A DNA stretch of 64,000 bases from Pelomyxa schiedti (Eukaryota > Protista > Evosea). Positions 52,670 through 63,898 of this stretch are shown here, piece by piece. Numbering within the stretch: the first letter of the stretch is position 1; every line of letters starts with the position of its first letter. Location of the stretch: contig JAHLWZ010000720.1 in the NCBI GenBank assembly GCA_020536535.1, positions 20,571 through 84,570 of the forward strand, given 5' to 3'. The notes beneath the pieces are model-generated. The model made no database searches. It was not told the origin of the DNA and saw only the letters and a program-made list of their open reading frames with translations. The translations under genes were made by a program, and so were the position numbers.

Positions 52670-55050
52670 TTGATGATGGGTTACGTTGCGTTGTGGGCGG
52701 CAGTTACACCGGTAGTGTTGGTGCTGACAACTGGTGCCATTTGTGTTGTATTTGGTAGATCTGAGATAAAGACAATATTCTGGCGAATGGCGGGTTCGAG
52801 GTTGCGTCTACATCGTAGACGCCACCACGACCAAAGTCCTGGTACCCGAACACCGTGGCGAATGGCAATTGGAGTACATCATAGATACAACCAATCTCAC
52901 GTGCCACACTGGATGGTATGTTAAACACCCTTTTTTTTTTTTTTTGATTTATTAATTAGTTGTTGTATGCACTTTATAACAACCTTTATTTTTCCCTCTC
53001 ATTCTCTTCAGTCAAGGATATATTTGGTTTGATGATGTTTTTGTGTATCAACTTAATGACACCAAATACGAACTTGTCAGTAAGTTGGACAAATATAATG
53101 TATTTGCACCAAGGAAATACTTTTTTTTTTCTAATGCCATGTAGCCTCCTCCTATTGTTGGAAATTCCCCCAAACCAACAGTGACGGATAATTACTCTGT
53201 TTTGAAGGTTGGACAACTCATTCATAACGATTGTTTAACAGATTAATAGATAGATGGGGTGTGTGGTTCCTTGTACCTGGCAGGGGCACAATTTTAGTAC
53301 TGTCTTATGGCCCACTGGTACATATGGTGGAATCGATGAAAATGAAAATCCGTGCCATTATGCTACCATTCCCCCTGAACAACAAGCTGACTATACCAAT
53401 GAAAGAAAGGTATATGGAGTAAATAAAATCTATGTCTCATTGAGACCATAGTATTGAGCCAAGGTACACTTAAACTTCAATTCAGGAGTGAAACCATCTG
53501 TTGATTCTAACACAGAAAACTCTCTTACTTGGTTGGGTAAGTGTGATAGATTGTGATATGGCAGTGATAATTCTTAGACTTCGGCTCTGAGGGCCCTTGT
53601 GACCCACCATGGTGATAACAACAACATGTAACAGCCACAGACAACTTTGGGGTGGGAAAAAAGGCTTCTGGCAGACAGTTCAAGGAACACACTTGCAGTC
53701 ATCAATTCTCAGGTTAACACAACATATTGTCCTTAATATTCCTTACGGGAAGTAGACCCCTTTGATGAAGGCTGGCAAAACTTTACCATCCTTGCAGCAC
53801 AAGATATTGACAGTTGGACTGGTGTCGATTGCATGGAATGCATGGGCTATTGGACAGATAATGAGATAGAGGTAAAATATCTACAAGTCTGTGTCCACTT
53901 AATATCGAATTTTAGTGTGACAATTTGTGGGAGTATCTGTGGAGTCCAGCAGCAAGCCAAGCTTTCGTAAATTGGCTTCAAGTTTCTGCTTATTTTATTT
54001 TTGGTACCTCTGAGGTAACAATGACTAGGGGATTGGTGACTGGACAGGATTTGAAGATCCTCCTCATGGCACTTACAAGACAATAGCCAAATTGAATACC
54101 ACTTGGTCTTCCTCAGGGTGGTTGATATATATTCCTATGGCTCCTTTGATGAAATTCGTACTGGGTCAGTCAAGCCAACTATTCACCATTTCAATGACAC
54201 TCGGGTTCTGGATGACTTGTACATATTTGAGTGAGTTATACACAAGAAATATGCCTCCACTGTTGTCAAGCGAATTCGTGACAGGGAATCCAAAATTGGG
54301 GCGAAACCTAAACCAATAGTTTACTTGAGAGATCACTCTACGAAGGTAAACATGTATCCTTTATATAACTGAGAATGGGTGGCATACAGTAGAGAATGTG
54401 TACAGGAAGCTTATGAGATATTTTCTGAGAAACCAGGTTTTTCTTTCCTAAGCTTTCAGTTCTTTCAACCCAACTTTCAAAAGGAAAGCCAATCATCATA
54501 GGTGAATTTGGGCTTGCTGGTATTTATTCCCATTTTTACCAAATACGAATACACTTCTTGCCAATTCTCACAAACCTGCATCAACAGCTAGTGATAGGGT
54601 AATTTGAATAATAGTATTAAGGTTGCCAGTGGAGAGGTGGTCACATACCCTGGTTGTTCCAGAAAGATTGATGTTGAACAGAAATAAAGAGGTGAGGGCT
54701 ATACTAATATCGTTCAAACCTTGTTTAATTTACCTTGGACTGTTGGTGCTAATTGGTATCAGTGGGAGAATAGAGTGGGTGAAAATTGGGGTTTTTGAAT
54801 GTTCATACCACTTTGGAACCAGCCAAACAAGATGGTGTAACCCTGGATCCTCGCAATTGTGGACTTGTAAATGACTCAGTATTTAAGTTTAACTTCAGGC
54901 TGCTTTTCACTCTTTCACAGGACTGTTACTATGAACCCCTAACCACTTGCATGAATGCAACAAATATTCTGGTAAATTCAGGATCCAGGTCCAGCTTGTT
55001 TAACCTGGATTCCATTGATTGGGCTGCATGTTATGTGGTCATTGATACAA
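52670..55050 (+). pseudogene. Decayed multi-exon gene, type II membrane protein; possibly glycosyltransferase-like
   Basis: N-terminal TM segment (YVALWAAVTPVVLVLTTGAICVVF) and exon-like blocks with in-frame stops. DCYYEPLTTC is reminiscent of GT23/FUT8-like proteins. Confidence 0.3.
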
Positions 55051-55149
55051 CAATGGAGTTCCAGCAATCAGGTGCCCATAATACCCTCTCAATACATCAC
55101 AAAGATCGCCATTACCAAAAAACCACAGGGCCACCAGCCCCATCTAATT

Positions 55150-56170
55150 ACACCACCCAGCCAACCGCAATCCAAGTAACACAGCCTCAATACACTTCTC
55201 CCACCCAACTCAAAGACACCATCAAAGCAATCAACACACATATCCTTGTTATCACAGAAACACACTCCACAGAACAAGCACATTACAATGCAAGTAATCT
55301 GAACCCTAAATACTGGTGGTTCATGAATGGCAGAAAGAACTCTGAAGGTGTGGCAATAGGGGTCCTTAGATCCCTAAACCCCACCCAGCCACAAACCATT
55401 ATGGAAGGACGAATGTCCAAAGTCCAATTCACATGGGAAAACAACACCATGGACATACTCAGAGTATACGCACCATACACAGGACACCCAGAAGCAGTAG
55501 ATTTCTGGGATACCACTTGCACAAAATACACATGAGTTAGTGCCTCAGCAACTTTTCTGATTGGGGATTGGAATATCCCACTCAGTAAACACCAACACCC
55601 ATCATTCGAAAGATCATCCACCTTAAGACAGACAGCTCACCAGGCCATGCAAAAATGGGAAGTCCATCCAGTTGACTCGAAATCTCCAACACACATCCAG
55701 AATGGAACCTGCTATACACTCGACCATGCAGCTGTTACAACTCTCAGAGACACTAGTTCTCAATTGACCACATGGGAATCCAGTGCTCCAGACCACTACC
55801 CAATACTACTAACGGTATCCCCAAAGCCCAAGATTGTCTGGAACAGGAATAGACCCCCAAGATGGACCTTTGAGAATCCTGCATACAAGCTCCACTTAAT
55901 GAAGTTGCTCCCAGATGCCCTGACCACCCAGTGGCCTGCTGGAAGGCATACAAATGTCTCCTGATTCAAGCAGTGTGGCAAACAATGAACAACAAAAACA
56001 ACACACAACAGGATACCCTCTCACTACTCTTTAAACTACAGAAGGCCTCAGTACCAGAAGCTCTGAGGATTATTGAAAGCACAAGTAATTGCTTGTCTCT
56101 ACATAGGCCACTGCAAGCTGATCTGTTGAATAAAAGGTTTCCATTCATACAACTCATTCATTACCTTAAG
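55150..56170 (+). mobile_element. Non-LTR retrotransposon (LINE) remnant: APE endonuclease domain, disrupted, no RT visible
   Basis: Intronless ILVITETH, GVAI, GRM, VYAP, IGDWN, T..LDH and DHYPI. In-frame TGA at 55533 and a later frameshift. Confidence 0.85.
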
Positions 56171-57542
56171 TAGAAATCTTAGTGATGAATTTAACCGGTC
56201 TTTGATAGAAGAATCAACCAAGTTACCAGCAGCTGCCTATGTAGACACAAGCAATTACTTATCATTTGTGGGAGAAATGAACTTTGTAAGGAGCCTTGGG
56301 GACTTTGGGTAGGACTCGTTTGGCTCATACTTCGGTGGAGAGGATGGCGCTGTACTATTTGCAGTGATTACTCAAGGTGTCGCGTGCAGATGATGTAGTG
56401 CAGATAGAACAGAATATATTACAGGGTGTTGTGTGTCCACTCCCGCCACACCTAAGTGAAGCTGTTCACTCAAGTCTTCCCAACTTAAAAGGCGAGAGCT
56501 TTGCTACAGTACAAATGCAGTTGGTGTAAGGTAACTCCATCAATTGAACATACCAAATTACATTCTGGTACAAACACAGACAAAGTGTGTAGGCCGTTTC
56601 AGAACCCACATCCAGCAGACCTAAATCACACTCACCCAAACCGTACCAGATCGGCTATAGTTCTATCAGCAGTCACAGTGACAAGTCGGCAAGCGAACAA
56701 AAAGTGTTCTCTCTTATTTTCTATATCCTCTAATCCTTTAGGATAGTTCTAAACAGTGTGTGTGGTGATGTCACGTCTCTTCGATCACAACACGACATTC
56801 CGCCAAAGAATACGTTGTAGACAAAAGTACGAAATAAAATTAACTCACAACACACGGTTCTTTGCAGATCGGCATCAGATCGGGGATGTAATGCCGAGCT
56901 TTCTTACCTCAACAGAACGAGGTATGCTACGAGTAGAAAAACGAATGCAGCCATGGCCATCTTGTGCCTGCCCCACGTGAGGTCGTATGTTGGGTAGTTG
57001 CGTCGTAGAATCTGCTGTGCTGTGCTACCAACACGCAGGACCATCACAAACCGATCATACCAAATCACCAGCCCAATGATGGTCACGAAGATTCCGAGAC
57101 CCTGCGGTATGTGTCATTCATTCGTTGAGTTGGCGCGGTGTGAAGCTTTAAGTTGCGTGTGTGATTGTGTGATTGCGTGATTGCGTGATTGGGATTGCGG
57201 GACTAAAAAACAAACAAACCAGGGAGTTGCGGTTGTAAGGTTCCTTCAGTGTGTATTTGCTGAACAGGAAGGTCGAAGTCAGCATCACAGCGGAAGCCAC
57301 AGCCATGAAAATCGGGTTCGGGTGTGTCTGTTCATTTTTGTGAGTCGTTGGTGGCGTGGAATTCATGTGGATCTCCTCCTTCATCTGATCTCACCCATAA
57401 GTTGGCTCCCATGTTGAGCTCGAAGTATTTGTTACCTGACTGTAGTGTTAATATTTGTTTATTTTATTTTGATTTGTTTTTTTTAAACCATTGCACACCA
57501 ATAGCAATGGACATTGGACTGGGATATGAGCCTTTGAGATAA

Positions 57543-59740
57543 TTAGTGCTCAGAAATGGGTTTGAGATGGTGGAAGAAACATGGGTACTGATCATGTGAG
57601 TTCAGGATCTCAATGGGAATGGAAAAGAGATCCACCAATGGGTCGTCTCTCATTGGGTTGTCCAGTTGCACGAGATACATACCCAGTCCCAGGTCAATTG
57701 TTTGGCGCCGTGTATCTCCCACAAAGACATAGGTATCTGCTCCTGCTCCCTCCAGCAATACCAAGAGAGAAGCAAGTGGAGAAGTAGCGCACGCCAACCA
57801 GGAAAACCACAATAAGAAAGTATCTGTGCACACACCACCCTTGGCCCCTCTTTGGTTCCCTTTGTTTGTTTGTGAGTCAATTGGTTGGGAGGAAAGGTGG
57901 CAGTCTCGCCAACTACATACTGGACTGATTCACAAGTGACTTGTTGGATGAAAGTGCCCGTGAAATGATCGCTGCACCCTCAGCACCAATATTGTTACCT
58001 GTGTTTTGTGAGTTTCAGTTGGTTTGATCGGGAGGAATGAGTGGCAGTCAGACCAACGACATACTGTAAAGATTCAGGGATACAAGCGATTTGTTGGACG
58101 AAAGTGCCTGTGCAATGCTAGCTGCACCCTCATCCCCGATATTGTTACCTTTGTTTGTTTGTGAGTTTCAGGGGATTGATCAGGAGGAAAGGAGGAATGA
58201 ATGGCAGTCAGACCAACGACATACAGAAAAGATTCAGGGACACGAGTGACTTGTTGGATGAAAGTGCCTGTGCAATGCTTGCTGCACCCTCATCACCGAT
58301 ATTGTTATCTTTGTTTGTTTGTTTGTGAGTGGCAGTCAGACCAACGACATACTGTAAAGATGCAGGGACACAAGCGACTCGTTGGATGAAAGTGCCTGTG
58401 CAATGATCGCTGCACCCTCATCACCAATTTTGTTACCTTTGTTTGTTTGTGAGTTTCAGGGGGATTGATCAGGAGGAAAGGAGGAATGAATGGCAGTCAG
58501 ACGACCAACGACATACTGTAAAGATTCAGGGACACAAGTGACTTGTTGGATGAAAGTGCCCGTGAAATGCTGGCTGCACCCTCAGCACCAATATTGTTAC
58601 CTTTGTTTGTTTTGTTAGTTTCAGGTGGATTGATTGTGAGGAAGGTAGGAATGAATGGCAGTCAAACCAACGACATACCAGAAATATCCATGGACATGAG
58701 TGACTTGTTGGATGAAAGTGCCTGTGCAATGCTCGCTGCACCCTCGGCACCAATATTGTTACCTTTGTTTGTCTGTGAGTTTCAGGGGGATTGATCAAGA
58801 GGAAAGGAGGAATGAATGGCAGTCAGACCAACGACATACTGTAAAGATTCAGGGACACAAGTGACTCATTGGATGAAAGTGCCTGTGCAATGCTCGCTGC
58901 ACCCTCATCACCGATATTGTTACCTGTGTTTTGTGAGTTTTCAGTTGGTTTGATCGGGAGGAAAGGAGGAATGAATGGCAGTCAGACGACCAACGACATA
59001 CTGTAAAGATTCAGGGACACAAGTGACTTGTTGGATGAAAGTGCCTGTGCAATACTTGCTGCACCCTCATCACCAATATTGTTACCTTTATTTGTGAGTT
59101 TCAGTCGGTTTTATTGTGAGGAATGAGTGGGCACTCAGCAACAACATACCAGCCATATTCAGGGACACGAGTGACTTGTTGGATGAAAGTGCCTGTGCAA
59201 TGCTCGTTGCACCCTCATCACCAACATTGTTACCTTTATTTGTTTTGTGAGTTTCAGTTGGTTGGATTGGAAGGAAAGGAGGAACGAGCAGGCAGTCAGA
59301 CCAGCGACATACCGTAAAGATTCAGGGACACAAGCGACTTGTTGGATGAAAGTGCCCGTGAAATGATCGCTGCACCCTCATCACCGATGTCGTTACCTTT
59401 GTTTGTTTTGTGAGTTTCAGTTGGTTTGATTGTGAAGAAAGGAGGAATGAGTGGCACATCACACCGAACGACATACCAGCCATATTCAGGGACACGAGTG
59501 ACTTGTTGGATGAAAGTGCCTGTGCAATGATCGCTGCGCCCTCGTCACCAATACGCCTCCCTGTGTTTGTTTGTGAGTTGGTTGGTTGGTTGGTTGGAGC
59601 TGGGACATGCCGTTTATGTCCAGGAGTTTGCACGCACATTTCGGGTGCTCTAGTGCACGACGCATTGCGTCCAGTGGTGCCCGATACCCCTCATCGATGC
59701 ACTCGGTGGCGTACAGTTGTTCCCAGACATCTGCACTCAT
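57543..59740 (-). CDS. RNI-like/NLRC3-type leucine-rich-repeat protein, one 28-aa repeat per exon; 13 exons
   Basis: Exon consensus xNNIGDEGAASIAQALSSNKSLVSLNLY. All 11 repeat exons are open and phase 1-1. N-terminal exon 59611-59740 and C-terminal exon ending at 57543. Confidence 0.85.
57862..59580. repeat. Tandem array of 11 exon+intron units of about 130-165 bp (84-nt exon plus homologous intron)
   Basis: Recurring gacttgttggatgaaagtgcctgtgcaatg...gcaccctcatcacc and ggaggaatgaatggcagtcagaccaacgacatac. Confidence 0.95.
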
Positions 59741-60095
59741 TCCGTTCTCGGTTTTTGTTTTCCTTTTTTTGAGGAAAAGTCTCAGAAAAAGTTTTGATCA
59801 ACAAACACCAAGTGCAGAATCCTCCGTCGTCGTTCTCAACATAACACACTGTCATTATTGCTGGTCGAATGTGAATGTGTGATTCTGTAGAATACACAAG
59901 CAAACTCTCTGCGAGCACAAGTACGAACACCGAGACTGAGAGACTGACCTGCTGAGTCAGACCCACCCACAATTAAACTAGTATGGCTGCCAAACCTCCA
60001 TCAAGCCAAACACACAAACAAAGCATCACACAAGTCATAGCAGACAACATACACCTCCCAATCCATCCCCTCTTGAATAGATGCCACAATGTTGG

Positions 60096-60133
60096 TGGCT
60101 CTATGGATGTCAGTTCAATTCTGAGTGGGGCCA
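60096..60133 (+). pseudogene. Degenerate 3' half of tRNA-Gln, copy of 63167-63204
   Basis: tggctctatggatgtcagttcaattctgagtggggcca vs tggctctcttgatctcagttcgattctgagcggggcca. The flanking T-tract is also shared. Confidence 0.75.
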
Positions 60134-60768
60134 TTAATTTTTATTGTACTCAGTGCTATTTTCCACCAAATTCTTTCACAACCACAGCTTGTTGATGGAA
60201 AAGTTCACACTGGCACTGAGGAAGATCCATGAAAGTTCATTCACCTTTGTACAACCCAAAAAAGCTCTCACACTGAGTTGCTTTCACAGAAAAAGGGACT
60301 AAGCCAATGCTGTACTAATGAGAATAGAAACAACCAAGTAATTTCTAACATTGTATCAACAGCTTGATACTGTGGCTCACAGATTTGCCAGGTCCAAATT
60401 AAACCCAAAAAAAAACAGATTTGAGGTTCACCTCCAATTTTTTTTGAGGATCCCAACCAACTTCCTGGGAGGTAGAGATCAGCCCAGACAACGTCAAACA
60501 ACCGCCGCGCAAGCGTCACTCTACCTCAGGGCTAGAGCGCATCGAATCCCTTCACCTATTCCATCCGACACTGAGTATCCTTGGTTATCTTTCCCCAATG
60601 GGTGGTTTTCGGTTACGGGAGAGCTACTTTCGCCTACTTCGAATAGGTTTGGAAGTTTTGAATGAAAAAATCTGGTGTCTCTCCCGGGCTTTATGGGCCG
60701 ATTTTTCCTCCTGGAAGAATTATGGGTTTTTTTTTCAAGGAAATTTCTTTGAAAGTTGTTGGGGGCTG

Positions 60769-62817
60769 TCACGGGGTATGTGCTTGGGGGATGTTGTGAG
60801 GGGAACTGAACGAGAAACACCTGAAGAGGGTGGTCTCAGCGTACCAACGTTGTATCAAGGTCAACCTGAACAGCGGGGTGTTGTCCTCGACGTTCCTCAC
60901 GTAAATGTGCTGGATGGTGTCCGAGTTGGTAGTAGCTGTGTGCACCTTCTTCTTTTTTGCAGTTGCCAGCATGAGACCAGAGTTCGTCTCCCAGTCGACA
61001 CTCTCGAACGCTGTGGTGTCGACTGTCATCATCGCGTTATCTGGTGCGTTCACATCACGTATTTCATATCTCCCATCATATGTAATGCAGAACTTGGTGC
61101 CGTTCCCAATTCGGAACAAGTTCTTGGCTTCACACCCGGCACTTTGGACAAGGTAAGGTGCTGAATTCCTCTTGATGACGTACACTCTGCTCGTCGATGA
61201 CTTGGCAACCACGACTGCGTCGGCACCCAAGTCGTCTACGGAGGAGCCAGCCCTGATCACAAACGCTCTCGAAATGGTCTCACATGACTCGGCCTCGATT
61301 CCAGTCACCAGCCACCTCTCCATCTCCTGGAATCGCTTGTTCTCCATGGACTTATTCACTTTCCAAAATATTATCTGGTGCTCTGTCGGTGATACCGTTG
61401 GCTCCACCTTCCGGGAAATGAAGAGTGCTAAGTGGGGCTCCCTCTTGCTCAGAGCAACTAAGCCAATCATGTGACCTTCCAACAGGCCCAGTTCTTCTTT
61501 GTGAACCTTCAACGGGGGGGATGAGGAGGAGCTTCCAATTTGTGGTGTGCGCAGCAGGGCAGGCTCAATGTAAAATTCCGGTTCATTCCCAGCGTAATAA
61601 AGGACCCAGTGGCTGTTAATACGGCAGTGAAATTCGCGATGACGGCACCTCAACAAAACCCTCGAATCTTCTGGGCTTTTCAAGTTGCGAAGCTTGAAAA
61701 CGAATGGGTCCCCAATGACCTTGTTCTCCAGCACTACATAGTCGGCTTCTCCAGCCCAGGTCACCCACCATTTGTCTTCAGGGTGACGAAAAATGGGATT
61801 GTCTTCCATTTCAGAGGATTTCACGCCTCCCTCCTGCCAGAGCCCGAGGCTCAGGGCTCGCTCTTCTGCCCTTCCAGTGCGGAGCATGATGACCAGCCTC
61901 TTCTCTGTGGCCCTTGCCCAGTTGAAGACGGGATACAACAACGACGGCGTCAGAACTCGCACTGCAGATGCACCTCCGCACCGAGGCAGAGTTCCCGCCA
62001 GGAGACTCACCATCTGTTCTATCAATGAAATTCCTTCGATATATGGCTCCACGGACTTTGCATCTTGAAAGCTTCCCCGAACCGTGGTGGTGGTTGCATG
62101 TACCAGTGTCACTCCTGTGGAAGTCGAAATCTTTGTCTCGGCACTCTTGGCTGCCGTTGTTGTGGTGTGTGACAGAACCGCGGATTTATGTTCAGCATTG
62201 ATGCCGGGGCTTTCTGGAATTCCTTGTGGGTCGGCTGACTGTGTGGAAGAAGGGGATGTGAGGCTTGGCACATTTGTGTCTGTTTCTGAGAATGGTGCAT
62301 GTTCAGCAGGTGCGATGGCGAGGGTTGGGGTGAGACCGACAAGTGGCCTGCCTGGCTCCTTCTTTCTGGATAGTCTCCCCTTCTTGGATTTCGGGCCATT
62401 CACCTCTGTCACATGTGGGGTGGAAGAGGTGACAGTGGATGAGGACGAGGACGAGCGGGATGGTGGTGCAGACGGGGAAGGAGACCCTGAAGAGGTGGTG
62501 GTTGTGGTAATAGAGGATGATGACGAAGCAGCAGCTTTGGGGGGGGTATTGGATGGTTTGGAAGTCGAGGAAGCTGACAGGGGCTTGGTTGTTGCGCTGG
62601 TGGCTGCCGAAGGGGCGGCGCGCTTGCCTCTTCTTGGGGGGGGCCTCTTCAGCTGGCTGGAGCGGGGAGCGGGATCGCGTTGGGGGGCGTTGTTGTTGTT
62701 GCGGTGCGGTGCGTCCCTGTGCAGCTCCTGGATGTCTTGGGGAAGACATGTCAACTCGCTCTTGATGTCGATTTCGCTTGTTGGACCTTGGTTCGCGGAG
62801 GAGAGGTAGCTGCTCAT
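60769..62817 (-). CDS. Intronless 682-aa hypothetical protein: S/T/P-rich N-terminus, helical motif, beta-rich C-terminal domain
   Basis: Uninterrupted 2-kb ORF with motif QMVSLLAGTLPRCGGASAVRVLTPSLLYPVFNW. Confidence 0.75.
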   Translation of the reverse strand: MSSYLSSANQGPTSEIDIKSELTCLPQDIQELHRDAPHRNNNNAPQRDPAPRSSQLKRPPPRRGKRAAPSAATSATTKPLSASSTSKPSNTPPKAAASSSSSITTTTTSSGSPSPSAPPSRSSSSSSTVTSSTPHVTEVNGPKSKKGRLSRKKEPGRPLVGLTPTLAIAPAEHAPFSETDTNVPSLTSPSSTQSADPQGIPESPGINAEHKSAVLSHTTTTAAKSAETKISTSTGVTLVHATTTTVRGSFQDAKSVEPYIEGISLIEQMVSLLAGTLPRCGGASAVRVLTPSLLYPVFNWARATEKRLVIMLRTGRAEERALSLGLWQEGGVKSSEMEDNPIFRHPEDKWWVTWAGEADYVVLENKVIGDPFVFKLRNLKSPEDSRVLLRCRHREFHCRINSHWVLYYAGNEPEFYIEPALLRTPQIGSSSSSPPLKVHKEELGLLEGHMIGLVALSKREPHLALFISRKVEPTVSPTEHQIIFWKVNKSMENKRFQEMERWLVTGIEAESCETISRAFVIRAGSSVDDLGADAVVVAKSSTSRVYVIKRNSAPYLVQSAGCEAKNLFRIGNGTKFCITYDGRYEIRDVNAPDNAMMTVDTTAFESVDWETNSGLMLATAKKKKVHTATTNSDTIQHIYVRNVEDNTPLFRLTLIQRWYAETTLFRCFSFSSPHNIPQAHTP

Positions 62818-63132
62818 TCTTTAGTGTGTCGGTAGATGATTACGGGGTAGGTATCACCACGTGCGTTCTTTTTTTTTCTTTCTTTCTTTTTCTCCCTTTT
62901 TTGTTTTGCTTGTTTTTGTTCTAAACGTGATTACGAAAAGGTTTTTGCACTTATGTGGACAATTGAGAGGGACATTGTGGGTTGAGGTGGAAGAACACTG
63001 GAATGACCACGGAATTACAACACAACTCACCGATTTCAGGAGTTCTGTTTGGAACTATCCATCATTTTTTTCTTTCTGATAAAAAGGCATTGCAGGAGAG
63101 CAAACTCTCGTGAGGATTTGTTGATGTATGAA

Positions 63133-63204
63133 GGCTCCGTAGTATAATGGTTAGTATGGGAGATTTTGGCTCTCTTGATCTCAGTTCGATTCTGAGCGGG
63201 GCCA
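63133..63204 (+). tRNA. trnQ-UUG: tRNA-Gln(UUG)
   Basis: Cloverleaf: acceptor GGCTCCG/CGGGGCC, D-loop TGG, anticodon stem GGAGA/TCTCT with loop TT-TTG-GC, T arm CTCAG-TTCGATT-CTGAG. Downstream T-run is a Pol III terminator. Confidence 0.93.
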
Positions 63205-63536
63205 TTACTTTTTATTGTGCTAGTGGACCTTTTCGAATTTCGCGGGCCTTAGTGGTTCGTGCCTTCTCAGGGGTTGGTGAGCGGCCTCCCCTCTCGTGTG
63301 CTGTGACGAGGGCGGGCTGGTATAGGCCGTGTCTCTGCCAAAACGCCACGTCTCCTGTCTCGGTGTTTTTGATGAAGAGGCGGAGCCACAGCTCGTGCTC
63401 TTGGTGGGGTTCTCGCCGGTCTTGTTGACGGAAAACCTCACGCTGTGGCTCCCTTGGTTGGCCGGAGATAGAACATAGTAGATGGTAAGAATAAAAACAA
63501 CTAAGTAATTTCTAACGTTGCATCAATGTGTTTTGT

Positions 63537-63898
63537 ACATCATATCCGCGCAGTTGAAGGTTTCTCCCTTTTCATTGTACCATGTTCGTGTTATCAGCCC
63601 CAGGTCTCTATTGTGAGCACATGGTTTACACATAACTTGCCTCGTTACAAGCCCAACACATCGCAAAACAGAAGTAAGAACTGCAGAAAACACCCAATTC
63701 TGGATGAACTCCCCAAAAATCTTTAAGCTGTGAAATACACCTCAAAATGCCAGATTATACCTCAGAAACTTCTCCATTCTAATGGTGCCTGCCGTTTGGA
63801 TATGGACCTTGCCACTTCCCCAATAGGATGCCATTTCTTCCGTCTTCAGAAGCATGAATTGTTGAGCACTAATATGCGGCCGATATAATCCTGAGCCC
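63537..63898 (-). pseudogene. Transglutaminase-like core fragment, frameshifted; probably continues beyond the window
   Basis: DYIGRIL / NGILLGKWQGPYPNGRH / PLEWRS, then QNWVFSAVLTSVLRCVGLVTRQV....CAHNRD...WYNEKGE, in the order of animal-type TGase motifs. Confidence 0.65.

Noticed and set aside
56200-57420. Possible membrane-protein gene and (GTGATTGC)n microrepeat
   Set aside because: Only fragmentary hydrophobic ORFs, and no supportable gene model could be built.
57862-59580. CRISPR-like repeat/spacer array
   Set aside because: The units are LRR-coding exons with GT-AG introns. The 'spacers' are homologous to each other and there are no cas genes.
60096-63204. Prophage or integrative element bounded by tRNA att sites
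   Set aside because: No integrase, wrong fragment order, and shared downstream flanks point to a segmental duplication.
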